A stretch of 64,000 bases of DNA from Malacoraja senta (GCA_038087875.1 JAXLNO010000316.1:1-64000), one strand, 5' to 3'; positions 1-13,167 are shown, numbered from the stretch's first letter. The notes: generated by a model from the letters alone, not told the origin. Made by a program: numbers and translations.

Positions 1-635
1 GGCAAACACGAGCAACAGCTTGGATCTAATGGTTATTGGACCAAATTCATCTGATTCTTGTCCTTATAAACCCTGGGTGAGAGGGGAGGTGGGGAGAGGG
101 ATGATCTTGTTTTGTGAAATAAAGCCCATTCTGTGAGTTCACCTAACTGTGTGTTCCAGTGTGTTTATTGCTGATGTGGTGTCATGACCAATGCCACATT
201 GGTGGAGAATGTGGGCCTGAGCCCTGAGTCCTGAGGGACTGATCTGGCATTTATTTGAGACCAGCATTGAATAACAGTGAGTTGCCTGAGAACTACAGCA
301 GCAACCTAAGAGTAGACCCATAACTTTGCTTGGGTAACAGAATCACTGCTGCTTTGTGCCAGTGAAGGCACCTTGCTTTGTGGTGCATGTGCAAGCATAT
401 CTAAGCTTTTTTTTAACACATTTTAAATGAGCCCAAGCTGTACAAGCCATCGCTTGGGGTCCCTGCATGAGTAAAAACCCCTCTCAACATTAGAGGGAGG
501 TGAAGCCCCGAATGGCTCAGCCAACAGGCAGGAAGGAATGGCATAAGCACCCCGACAACCAGAACTTGAGGATGAACCCATGGCTATAGACCCAGGGCTC
601 CCCTCATTCCAGTACAAACCATGGCTGACAATATA

Positions 636-1111
<476 letters not shown>

Positions 1112-1221
1112 AAAAAAAAACAACAACAAAAAACTGCCCTATGTTCAGGTCGGGGGATGAAGTTTCTGTATAATTATCTATGTTCACTGTACTTTTTATC
1201 GTCACTATTTTTTGTTGAAGT

Positions 1222-2411
1222 TCATAAGTTACAAGAGCAGAATTAGGCCTACTCTCCACCTAGTAGGCGCAACACCACTAGTCACTGGCAGCCAACCAGA
1301 AAAAGCCACCTATATTGCCATTCTTTGCCTTCTGTCCTCCAGCCAACCTGCTGTCCATGCTAGTATCTTCCCTCAATCCCTGATACCATGGGCTCTCATC
1401 ACCTTTCGCAGCTTCACGCATGGCACTTGATCAAAGGCCTTCTCAAAATCCAGGTAAACAACATCCACTGACTTTCCTTTGTCTATCCTACTGTTTAATC
1501 CCTCAAAGAATTCCAACAGGCTCATCAGGCTAGATCTCCTTTTCACAAAACCATGCTAACTTTGGCTTATTTTATCATGTGTTTTTAAGTACTGTACTCA
1601 GAATCCTCATCCTTTGGACTCGCTAATCTTACCAACCACTGAAGTCAGGATAACCGGCCAAGTGTTTCCACTCTTTTTTTGCTCCAGAATTGAATAGCGG
1701 AGGAATATTTGCAATTTTCCAATCGACTGGAAGCATTCCTGATTTTAGTGATTCTTGAAATATCGCTACTAATGCCTCAAATTTCTAAAGACACCTCTAT
1801 CAGAACCCTGGGGTGCAGTCCATCCGGTCCAGGTGACTTATCCACCTTTAGACCTTTCAGCTTCCCAAGCACCTTCTCCTTGGTAATAGCCACGACGCTA
1901 ACTTTTACCTCCTAACTCTCTTGTATTTCAGGCACATTGCTGGTGCCTTCCACTGTGAAGAATGATGCAAAAAACGTATTCAATTCATCTACTATTTCTT
2001 TATTCCCCATTATCACTTCTCCAGCATAATTTTCCAGTGGTCCAATGTCCACTCTTGACTCTTTCTTACACGTTATGTATCTGAAGATACTTTTGCTATC
2101 CTATTTTATATTACTGGCTAGCTTGCATTCATATTTAATCTTTTCGCCTCATATTGCCTTTTTAGTTACCTTCTGTTGTTTTTTAAAAGCTTCCCAATCC
2201 TCTAGCTTTCTACTAATCTTTTCAATGTTTTTTCCCTTTTCTTTCAGTTTTTTACTGTCTCTGACTTCCCTTGTCACCACGGCCATCTCATTTTCCTCTT
2301 AGAATCTTTCTTTCTCTTTGAAATGAAAAGATCCTACATCTTCTGAATTATTCCCTGAAATTCCTGCCATTGCTGTTCCATTGTCATTCCAGCTCGGGTC
2401 CCTTTCCAATC
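1222..2411 (-). mobile_element. CR1-type LINE ORF2 (RT) fragment, decayed; interrupted by the env insertion
   Basis: Antisense match to CR1 ORF2 motifs (KSPGPDG.HPRVL, YLDF.KAFD); homologous to the better-preserved copy at 49641-51865. Confidence 0.9.
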
Positions 2412-3252
2412 TCTGGAAATTAATTTGCAGCAACCAAACTGAATGGTACCCTTCCATTGTTCAGCATGTGGTATTCTGGATATGTGGCGACAAATCCCTA
2501 TTTCCGAATTGGGTTGGGACCTCTACCATGGGATACCTAGCCCCTAATGTTTGGGGAATTAAAACCCTCCAGACTCACTTAATCAGGAATCATAGTCAGC
2601 CATCCCCAGGGAAGGTTAGACGCTGGAGAGAAGTTGAAAATCCACTTGTTGTCTGCAATACAGGGTTCCAAAGATTCCTCCGCACCCTGATACATGGCCT
2701 GGGAGTAAACGAGCTGGAGAAAGCAATCATGGAACAAATAGAGAACAGGACGGTAGATGCGATTTTGGCTCTTCGCTCCGAAGTCCAGTCTCTGTCCAAG
2801 ATGGTTATTCAAAATTGGATGGCTCTGGAATTCTCCTATTGGCCCAGGGGGGAGGGTGTGCAACGCTCAACGAATCCAGTTGTTTCTTCTCTAACCAAGA
2901 CAAACAAATTGAAACTGATGAAAGGATTATTCAAGACCATATCCACACCTTGCACAAGATTTCAGAAATTAAACAGTTTGACTGGTGGGGATGGCTCCCT
3001 GACCTAGGTAACTGGGCTGGAGGGCTCTTTAAGACCATTTTAAAATATGCTATTAATATTTCAGCCGCTGTTGTCACCATATAAGTACTGTTCCAGCTAT
3101 CACTCTGCCTCATTCGAGCTCTCTGCTCATCAAAACCGCACTCCCGTCTCAGTGCTGAACCACAACACATTATGCTTCAATATGATCTTGATCACGCTAT
3201 CATGCAACTCATAAATATCCTCCAGTATGATGATACTGATAATACGGACTAA
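2412..3252 (+). pseudogene. env: Endogenous retrovirus env remnant (SU C-terminus + TM, gamma-type)
   Basis: Basic cleavage site KVRR; fusion-peptide-like FQRFLRTLIHGLGV; heptad region; ISD-like IQNWMALE/LLLAQGGG followed by CATLNESSC (CX6CC with one TGT>AGT change); WWGW membrane-proximal motif; hydrophobic anchor; cytoplasmic tail to TAA at 3250-3252. One frameshift (~2833) and one internal stop (3082). Confidence 0.9.
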
Positions 3253-3441
3253 CATTTTTATTCAAGGTTTCAAGGTCAAGTTCAGTTTATTGTCACATGT
3301 AAAGCAAGAATTTCATTGTCCTATCAGGGACACATGACAATAAACTCTCTTGAATCTTGAATCTTGAATCTCTTGACATGTACCAATTAAAGTACAGTGA
3401 AATTTGCGTTACCATACAGCCATACTAAGTCCTGTTGGGAC

Positions 3442-3717
3442 AAAAGGCGGGATTGTGGGAATTGTGGGAAGAACTGAGCTGCTCTTCCATTTTGTCTTTC
3501 AACATGGGCAGCACTTCACTCTGTGTGAATCGAACTTTACTCCAGTGAATAGCTGAACAGGCCTGGTGCGGGTGGTCCATAGAGATAAAGGTTGGCTTAA
3601 TACAAAAAGGTGCTTATGAACTCAAGGCTACACCGAGACTGCCTCATCTTCCCACATACTTAAACAAGCCTGTTTCTCAGTGGAAAGTTACTGAATGCTG
3701 GATCACAATAGTTAACC
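3442..3717 (+). mobile_element. Polypurine tract and truncated 3' LTR (U3) of the ERV
   Basis: AAAAGGCGGGA purine tract downstream of env, followed after one base by TGTGGGAA, a typical LTR start. The sequence stops abruptly at the CR1 direct repeat. Confidence 0.6.
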
Positions 3718-4035
3718 CTGTTCCATCGTCATTCCAGCTCGGGTCCCTTTCCAATCAACTTTAGCCAGCTGCTGCCTCATGCTTCTGTAGTCACCATTGC
3801 TCAATAGTATTACCGACACATCCAATTTCTTCTTCTCCCTCTCAAATTGAAGGTTAAATTTTGTCACTAGCTCCTAGAGGTTCCATTAACTTAAGCTGCC
3901 TAATCAAATCCGGTTCATTACACAATACCAAATCCAGAATTGCCTTTTCCCTGGTAGGCTCAACTACAAGCTGCTCTCAAAACTCATTTCTGAGGCACTC
4001 TACAAATTCGCTCTCTTGGGACCAGCAGCAACCTG
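3718..4035 (-). mobile_element. CR1 ORF2 (APE C-terminal) continuation
   Basis: Resumes the CR1 sequence interrupted at 2411; antisense encodes PTREKAILDLVLCN and GASD-like APE motifs. Confidence 0.85.
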
Positions 4036-5107
4036 TTTTTTCCAGTCGACCTGCATGTTTAAATCCAGACTTGGCCCGGCATGCCCGCCATGGGCCAAGG
4101 ACCCGCGCTGTAGACCCCGCCAGGATGACCCAGCTCCCCGCCCAGAGTGGAAGGAGGACCTGTAAGCAGATTGGTGGTGGGAGGCAGTGCAGTGCCTCGA
4201 CAGTGGAGTGGGCCACCAGGGCCATGCAGCAGCCTGGGGCTTGCTGGATCGGACGCTGCTCCAAGATGCCGAGCACATGGACCGGACGTGGCCTGCAGCT
4301 TGCAAACTGGGACTTGAAAAGGGTTCAAAAACTGGTGACTCTGTATACTGTCTCAGCGTACTCATGCTTTTAACGTACCGTATCTGAGATACATTTAAGT
4401 GCAAAGATGTATCTAAGTGCATGTGTTTCATGATTCTTGCACTGTAATGTATACAAAAATGAATTTCACCGTACCTCGGTACTTTAGACAAATAAAGTAC
4501 AGAGTAATACCTATGAGTTTTCTTGATGTTTTAAATCACCTTGAGACTGAATGATGCTGCAGTCTCTGCTGCTGAGCAAGCGTATTGCCACGATGCGTCC
4601 ACTGTAGAACTGTGCATCTTCAGAGGTCTCCAGGTAAGGTTTTTTGCTTTCAGAGATATTTATTTATTTAACTAACTGGATAATTGTTGCTGAAAGTGTG
4701 AACTGAAAATGGTGAGAAACTAACAAAGGAAGAACTATCTCAAGTCCCGGGATCATTGAAAGTGAGGGGGAGGTGTCTGTGACAGCACCTTCTCCCTTTG
4801 GGGAGTTGCTCTGATTCTTTTAACTGGCTGATAGGCCAGGAGAGGCCAATTCCCAGCATTATTGCTCTTGATTATCCACTTGAACCACGTCAGCCGCTCG
4901 CTATAAAACCCAGGAACTTGAGCCAGAGTGAGTGACAGGGAGAAGGAGAAGAGAAGAAGCAGGAGAGAAAGTGGAAGAAGGAAGGAAGAAAGAGAGAGAG
5001 GAAGGGAGACAAAGTGGGCTACCTCCCTCCTAGCTGTGTTCTGCTGTTGCAGGTACAAGGAAGACTGAGCTACCATGACAGACCCGAAGCCACAGTGCGA
5101 TCAAAAT

Positions 5108-5375
5108 AGTTGGGGGGACCTCATATAAACGTACCAAACAGTGAAAGGCTTGGATAGAGTGGATGTGGAGAGGATGTTTCCACTAATCTGAGATCTAGGT
5201 CTAGAGGTCATAGCCTCAGAATTAAAGGATGTTCCTTTAGGAAGGAGATGAGAAACATTTCTTCAGATGAGAAAAAGTCAGAGGGTGGTGAATCTGTGGA
5301 ATTCTTTGCCACAAAAGGCTGTGCAGGCAGTCAATGGATAGTTTTAAGGCAAGGATAGATAGATTCTTGATTAGT
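5108..5375 (+). mobile_element. CR1 3' fragment
   Basis: ORF2 C-terminal motifs (GLDRVDVERMFP, RGHSLRIKG, RVVNLWNSLP). Confidence 0.85.
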
Positions 5376-6289
5376 TAATTTTTCTCCCTTGCCTTGAGTG
5401 AAAGACCTGAAGTTCCCATCCAGCAACAGTGTGGGAATAACTTCACTGGAAGATGGCTGACCATCCAACTCTCAAAGGAAATTAGGAATGGATAACACGT
5501 ACCAGGTTGTCAATAAATAATTGGTTTAAAATAAATGAAAAGGAGAGATGGTAGAAATTAATTGAAAATTATTTTAGTATAAATGAGAACAATGTGAAGT
5601 ACTGTTGGAATAATTTACATGAGATGTGAATAACAGTTAACTTCTTTATTCTCAATAACTTGTCAGACCAGGAGTACAGTCAAACAAGAGACTTTTCTAC
5701 AGACAGAAAACATGCAGCCTTTTTATATCATTTGTGACAGGGAAGGATGTGGAGTGGGTCACGTAAAGTTGTTTACATGGTTAACTGTACTGCTCTTACC
5801 CATAGAAACACAGCCTTATCACTGAAGAACAAGATGTGTAAGGTCAGAGTGATTAGACATGCGCAGCCTAGCACTGATGGAACATTTCTGGAATAGTTCA
5901 ATTCCCACAGAATTGAAATGCTGGAAACACTCAGCAGGCCAGGCAATGTTTGTAGACTTGGAACAATGTTGCTTTTGCCCAGTCACTTTCTGTCTGCACC
6001 AATAAGTGTGATCGAAGTGAAAGGCTCGAGGTAAGTGGTGAGGTAAAGGAACAGGTAAAGGAGAAGGGATGAGAGAATCAAAGTTAAGGAATGTGGAGAG
6101 AAAGGCAGATCAGGCAACATTTAGGATTAATGCAATCAGCTATTTTCTGAAAAATAGTTTTGAATTCAATGTGGAATCAAAATCATATAATGACCCAAAT
6201 TAAAAGATGAGTTGCAGATCTTTAATTTTTCCTGGGCTCTAAATGTCACAAAGAGCTAGATAAATCAAGGCATGTTAGAAAATTTGAGG

Positions 6290-7400
6290 AACATAGAATA
6301 TAGAACAGCACAGCACATGAACGAGCCCTTCAACTCGCATTGTTTGCACCGAACACGATGCCTCGTTAAACTGATCTCATCTGCCTGTATATGATCCACA
6401 TTCCTCTTTTCCCTGCACTTCCATTTTACAATCTAAAAGCCTCTTAAACACTATCTTATCCACCTCCACCACCGCCCCTGATGTTCCAATGTGTTCCAGA
6501 CCCCACCACTCTCTGTGTTAAGAAAAAAAAAAGCCCTGCCCTCTAGTGTTGGACATTTCCACCCTTGGACAAACATTTCTGACTTTACCCTATCAAAACC
6601 TCTCCTAATTTTATATACTTCTTTTAAGTCTCCCCTCAACCTCCGATGTTCCAGAGAGAACAATCCAAATCTATCCATCCTCTCTCTGTAGCTTAAACAC
6701 TGACAACTGGCAATTTAACTGTCCTCACACCAGCTAGAGTGGTCCTGACCTCTGATCCCATTGGAGACCTTTAGAGAACTATATTTAATGGATTCTATCA
6801 GTCTTGATTGTAATTATGTGTAGTCTTTTCATTGACTGGATAACATGCAACAAAAGGTTTTTCACTGTTCCTCAGCACATGTGACAACAATAAACTAAAC
6901 TAAACTAATTTAGACACCATTCTGGTAAAACTGCTGTTCATCATCTCCAAAATCTTCACATATTTCCTGCAATGGGGCAACCATACCTGCACACAATACT
7001 CCAAATGCGGCCAAACCAAAGCCCTACGCTAGTGCATCATGACTTCCTGACTCTTGTATTCAATGCCACTAGCAGTGAAGGCAAGCATACCATACTCCTT
7101 CTTTACCACCTTCTTTATCTACTCGTGCTGCCACCTTCTGTGAACTATGAACTTGGACTCCAAGATCCATCTGTATATCAATGCTGCTAAGGATCTTGCC
7201 ATTAACTGTATAATCTCTCATTGCATTCAATCTCCTACTTGCTCAGGTTAAAATCCACTTGCCATTTCTCAACCCATTTCTGCAGCTGATCTGGATCTTC
7301 TTACAGAATTCCTCACTATATGAAATGTTCAATTTTGGTGTCGTCCACCAACTTACACACAAACCCATCGACATTTACATTTCGGTCATTTATATATAAA
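6290..7400 (-). mobile_element. CR1/HER1 3' fragment with a nested LINE-tail insertion (~6700-6908)
   Basis: ORF 6451-6678 LGLFSLE..RLRGDL..VYK motif; the nested piece ends GTGACAACAATAAA(CTAAA)n. Confidence 0.8.
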
Positions 7401-7599
7401 TGATATTACATTTGTTGAAAATAATGCCCAATGGACTTCTGGTTCAGGTCAGGTCTGACAAAGGGATGAAGTTTCTGTATAATTAGTGATGTTTGCTGTA
7501 TTTTTATCCTTACCATTTTTTGCCGATGTTTCAATTATTTAATAGAATTCCATGGATCTGACCCCTTGCATTGAGGGCAATAGATCTGAATTTCCATAA

Positions 7600-9100
7600 C
7601 TTCATAAGTTATAGGAGCACAATTAGGCCATTGGGCACATCAAGTCTACTCCGCCATTCAATCATGGCTGATCTATCTTTACATGTCAAGCCCATTCTCC
7701 TGCCCCTACCCGTAAACCCTGACACCCGTACTAATCGAGAATCTGTCCATTTCCGCCTTTAAAATATCCATCGACGTCCCCCACAACCTTCTATGGCAAT
7801 TAATTCCACAGATTCACCATCCACTGACTAAAGAAATTCCTCCTCATCTCCTTTCTCAAGATAAGTCCTTTATCCACTTTGGGGACAAAAACAGGAAGGC
7901 AGATTATTATTTGAATGATGTCAAGTTGGGAAAAAGGGAAGTACAAAGAGATCTGGGAGTCCTTGTTCATCACTCACTGAAAGCAAACTTGCAGGTACAG
8001 CAGGCAGTGAAGAAAGCTAATGGCATGTTGGCCTTTATAACAAGAGACGTTGAGTATAGGAGCAAAGAGATCCTTCTGCAGTTGTACAGGGACCAAGTGA
8101 GACCACACCTGGAGTATTGTTTTGGTCCACAAATTCTCTGTTTTGGTCCACAAATTCGAGGAAGGATATTCCTGCTATTGCGGGAGTGCAGCGTAGTTTC
8201 ACAAGGTTAATTCCAGGGATAGCGGGACTGTCATATGTTGATGGAATGGAGCAGCTGGGCTTGTATACTCTGGAATTTAAAAGGATGAGTGGGAATTTTA
8301 TTGAAACATTTAAGATTATTAAGGGATTGGACACGATAGAGGCAGGAAAAATGTTCCCGATGTTGGGAGAGTCCAGAAGCAGGGGCCACAGTAAAAGAAT
8401 AAGGGGTAGGCTGTTTAGAACCGTGATGAGGAAAAATGTTTTTACCCAGAAAGATGTGAATCTGTGGAATTATCTGCCTCAGAAGGCTGTGGAGGCCAAT
8501 TCTCTGGATGATTTCCAGAGAAAGTTAGATAGAGCTCTTAAAGATAATGGAGTCAGGGGATATGGGTAGAAGGTGGGAACGGGGTAATGAATGTGAATGA
8601 TCAGCCATGATCACAGTGAATGGCGGTGCTGGCTCGAAGACCGAATGGCCTACACCAGCACCAATTGTCTTATGTCTAATTCTGAGGCTATAGCCTTTGA
8701 TCCTCAACTATCCCACTAGCGGAAATATACTCTCCACATACACTCTAGCCAGGCATTTTAATTATTCGGTAAGTTTCAATGGTCCTCCTCCCTCATCCTT
8801 CTAAACTCCAGCAAGTACAGGCCCAGTGCTGTCATACTCTCATCATATGTTAACCCAATCATTCCTGCAATCATTCTTGTAAACCTCCACTGGATGCTCT
8901 CCAAAGCCAGCACATCCTCCGTCAGATATGGGGCCCCAAACTGCTCACAATACTCCAAATGCGGTCAGACCTGTGCCTTGCATAACCACAGCATCACATC
9001 ACTGTTTTTATATTCTAGTCCTTTCAAAATAAATGCTACTATTGCATTTGCCTTGCTTACTACTGATTCGACTTGCAGATTAACCTTTCGGGGATCCTAA
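7600..9100 (-). mobile_element. CR1 3' fragment split by an opposite-strand CR1
   Basis: Consensus GTCCTTTAATTCTGAGGCTA is broken between ~7872 and ~8678; ORF 8776-8958 EYCEQFGAPYL. Confidence 0.85.
7873..8677 (+). mobile_element. 5'-truncated CR1 (ORF2 C-terminus + 3'UTR)
   Basis: ORFs 7911-8210 and 8117-8569: [22 protein letters not shown]-like motifs; CR1 3'UTR. Confidence 0.93.
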
Positions 9101-9287
9101 AAGTGGTAAACCCTAATTTACCACCTTAATGGATTTTATCCGACCATTGACATTTAGAACTCCTTCAAAACAAAGGCCACGATTGGCTTTCATGAGGACT
9201 TGATGCAGTTGGCTATGAATCTTAATATATGTATTCTAATAACACACCCTCTTGCAGAAATGACCATGTTCAATATCAATAAGCAGT

Positions 9288-9380
9288 AGGTACACAAAAA
9301 TGCTGGAGAAACTTAGCGGGTGCAGCAGCATCTATGGAGCGAAGGAAATAGGCAACGTTTCGGGCCGAAACCTTTCTTCA
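9288..9380 (-). mobile_element. Short Penelope-terminus fragment with 12-bp TSD
   Basis: TCAATAAGCAGT at 9276-9287 and 9378-9389 flanks a piece homologous to the other Penelope termini; contains TGAAGA..GAAAC. Confidence 0.75.
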
Positions 9381-10699
9381 ATAAGCAGTGTCTTGTGTTC
9401 CCAACACACAATTAGGAAAGGTCTTATGAGACGATGTCACTGATATTTTAAACATTACATGTAAAAAGTACTGGCCGCATTCTGCAGAATATTCACAGCT
9501 TGTCTCTGCAAAATATCTTTTGCTGTTGAGCTGGCAGGAAACACCTGGGAGAGTGGTGTTTGCTGCGCTTATCTTTCATATATCTTCTGAGAAATATTGG
9601 TATGCTGACAAACATGTTTCCGCAGCACACTGATTTCTGTCAGAAGATTTGGCATCCAAGTTCTATTCCAGGCACATATTCAAAATGGTTCATTTGCAAC
9701 TTCTGGTTCAGTGCCAGGTAAATGGTGTGATGTATAACGTGGAATGCTTCATATTTCTCTCTGTGTGGTGACTGATGCATGTCCCTCATCTGGAAAGTTA
9801 ACTGTGTCTCTTTCCACATAAGCTGCCTATCCTGCATCGATTGTCCAGAATATTCCATTTTCATTTTTGTTGGTCATGTCAAGTCAATTTTCTTTAATAA
9901 TTCATCAGCTCTAGCCTGTTTGTTCTGACCACAACATTGACTATTCATTACCCAGACAAAGTGTCTTAATGTGCTGGTAACTGCAGCCATGAAGCCATTT
10001 CAATTAATCACATCGCATTCATTCCCTTTGCTTTATACATCCTTCCCTCGCCTCCTCATCCAATGAAAAGTACCTTGCATCTCTCTCATTACTGATTCTG
10101 TTGAATGGGCATCGACCTCAAACGCTGACTGTTTCTCTTTCCACTGATGCTGAGTTTTACCAGTATTTTCTGTTATTGTGTCTGATTTCCAGCACATGAA
10201 GATTTTTTGTTTTTATCACATTCATCATTACTCTGCAAATGAAGCAGCCTTTGGCTGCCTGCAACAAAATCTGGACAATTTTCTAAAATGTGCTAAGAAA
10301 TGGCAAACAACGAATTAAGGTTTTTTAGACTGCAGTAAGTGTAACATTACAACACTGCTGTTTAACCTGATGCAATAAAGGATCAGCCATGTTTATTTCA
10401 AAGTGAGATTACATTTAACTGGGAGAACACCTTGGAAATGGCTCCTTTTTCATCCATCTCATTTTTTCTTCCCTACAGGTGGCAGAGGCCAGCGATCTGG
10501 AAGATTCTAGAAGGTTGCAGCAGTGCACCCAATCTATGTTATACACTACAGACACACTGTGTCGGTGTGGTGGCGGGTGGGAGAAATGTTTAAACTGTTG
10601 GTTGATTTGTTGGTCAGTGGAATATTTAGGAGTGATTCCACACTCTCTGCAACACCTCCAGTGTTGGTGCAGTCTTGAAACTTACAAACCAACTGTCTC

Positions 10700-11040
10700 C
10701 AATTAGTAAAAAATCAGAAGTGCTTCAAGAACTCAACGGGTCGGGCAGTATCTCTGGAATAAGTGAATGGGAGACATTTCGAGTTGGAACCTTTCTTCAG
10801 ACTATTTGTAGTGGGGAGAGAAAGCTGGAAAAGAGGTGGTGGTGGGATAAATGCTGGCAACTGAGAGGGGGACACAGGTGAGGGAGGTTGTGATTGGCAA
10901 ATGGGTGGACAAAGGCCAGACATGAAAAGACAAAAAAGCCATAAAATAACATAGGAGAAGTGAAATGTGAAGCCTGAGGAAAGGATATTGGGGGAAGGGG
11001 CGGGGAATGGAGTGGGGTAGTGGAATAAATATTCCTATCT
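10700..11040 (-). mobile_element. Penelope-like element terminal region
   Basis: Minus strand AGTCTGAAGAAAGGTTCCAACTCGAAATGTC, followed by a degenerate copy of the shared terminus (consensus GATGCTGCCTGACCCGCTGAGTTACTCCAGCA); homologous to 57400-57658. Confidence 0.7.
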
Positions 11041-11159
11041 CTCTACCCTGTGCCCCAGCTGGAAGCACACTCATTTCTCCCACTACTCTCCCCCACCCCC
11101 CGCCCGACCTATTTCCCTTCCTCTGCTTTTACATTACATTCATCTTCTATTTATATTAC

Positions 11160-11990
11160 AGGAGTGAATGTGAGGGTTAGGCAAAAGATTCAAAAGCAGG
11201 GCCTTGAGGGTAGTGACCTGTAGATGCTAGATGACCTGTAGGTGCCACGTATTACTGAGGGCAGGAATTGGAGTTTAGGATAGATGAGTGTGTGGCTGAC
11301 GAGATAGTGCTGGGATTCCAATTTTTGGATCATTGGGATCTCATCTGGTGCAGAAGTAACCTGTCCTGCAGGAACGGGTTCCACCAGAACTGAAAAGGGA
11401 CCAATATCCTGATGGGCAGTTTTGCTGTTATTACTTGGAATGGTTTAATCTCAATTGGGAGGTAGGTGGGATCCAAGCTGTGGTGTGGAATTTGAGACAG
11501 GTTAGCTTCAGAATGTTCATTATACAACGCAGGCAGGAGCATGGCAGGGCACAAGTAAAGACCGTTGGATTAAAATGCATTTATTTCAATGCAAGACTCT
11601 GACAATGAAATTAGAGATACACGAGTCAAGGATATCATAGCCATTACGGAATCATGGCTAAGAAAGGGACAGGAATGGCAACTTAATGTTTCAGGGTACA
11701 GGAGCTACAGTTGACTTAGAGGTGGAGAAAAGAAAGGAGAGAAAGTTTAGTTTTTGATTAAAGAGAACATTACAGCAGTCGTCTGAGATGACTGCGGGAT
11801 CATCCAGTTAGGCTACATGGGTTGATCTGAGAAACGGGGATGATCACCTTGTTGGGAGTGTATATAGGCCTACAAGAAATTGTGGAAATTAGCAGAACAA
11901 ATATGCATGGAGATTGGGAGAAGGTGCAGGAATAATAGGGTTGTCTTAAAAGGGGTTTTAACTTTCCTGATATAGAAGTGTGTGCAAGGG
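11160..11990 (+). mobile_element. CR1 ORF1 (SGNH esterase-like C-terminus) and start of ORF2 APE, decayed
   Basis: FLDHWDL.W, GTNIL motifs, then YFNAR, DIIAITESWL and GFNFPDI-like APE motifs. Confidence 0.75.
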
Positions 11991-12331
11991 AGAGGGTAAA
12001 TTTGACTTGTTAAGATGGGCATGGATCTGCATGGACGAGTGGGTTGAAAAGCTTGGTTTCATCAGTATGACCCAGAAAAGATTCATTGTGACTTCCTTGT
12101 ACTTGTACTCCATGTGTGTATTTAGAAATGCCAAGTATTGTGGTTATTTTTGAACAACTTTTCAAACTTGCCCTGTCATTTCTACATATACTTAGCTGTG
12201 GGTCCATCTATTCTTGTTCTTCTTTTAGAATTGTACTCTTTTGATTGCCCCTTCTCGTGCTTTCTATTAATGTGCATCACTTCCTGTTTCTCAGCATTGA
12301 ATTCCATACCTCATCTACCTGACTATTCCTC

Positions 12332-12504
12332 TGTTATAGCGAGACATGTGTTGCCAAACAAAGTGATTTCATTAAGTTCGCACAAAACAGCTCTCAGAAC
12401 CACAACATGGGGCAAGGGCGTTACCAACAGTATTTATACCCCAGCGGAACCCGGGACCCGATCTGCCCACCACGAGTGACTAACCACCAGGGACCGCCAC
12501 AACA
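12332..12504 (-). mobile_element. Putative short solo LTR
   Basis: TGTTATAGCG...CGCCACAACA termini (8/10 inverted match); TATAAATA on the minus strand; TSD not clean. Confidence 0.4.
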
Positions 12505-12749
12505 CTTTGATTCTCTGGAGTCAGAACTTTGACATTTAACATAGATTTTGTTTATTTTAAAACATAATCTTTATTCAGCATGAAAGATATATAAAACAAA
12601 AACTGTGCAAAGACTCTTCAGTCATGCTCAACGTTTTTAAATTTGTGAGTGTTATACTCAGTAGTGTTCATATTTATACAACAGTACAGCACAATTCAGG
12701 CACTTTGGTCCACAATGTCCACGGCAAACATCATTCAAGACCATCTCTT

Positions 12750-13129
12750 ATCTCCCTACACATAATCCATATCTCTCCGTTTCCTGCATATTCATATGTC
12801 TATCGAAAAGCCTCATAAATGCCACCACCATATCTGCCTCAACCACCAACTGTGGCAGCATGTTCCAGGCATTCAACACCCTCTGTGTAAAAAAGATATT
12901 GTGCACATCTTTAAACTTAGTACCTCCAACCTTAAAGCTATGCCCTTTTATATTTAAATGTTCCATCTTGGGCGAAAGGCTCTGACTGTCTACGCTGCTT
13001 ATGCCTTCCATAATTTTACAATCTTCAAGACAAACCTTGGAAGCCTTCCACACAGTAAAGCCTTCCTCTAGCCTTCTTGGTGTAATCTGAGAATTTACTA
13101 ACAGCCCATCTACATTTACATCCAAGTCA

Positions 13130-13167
<38 letters not shown>

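Noticed and set aside
10460..10640. Acceptor-like TTCCCTACAG followed by an ORF
   Set aside because: The downstream sequence looks like an antisense old LINE remnant; no donor or recognisable protein.
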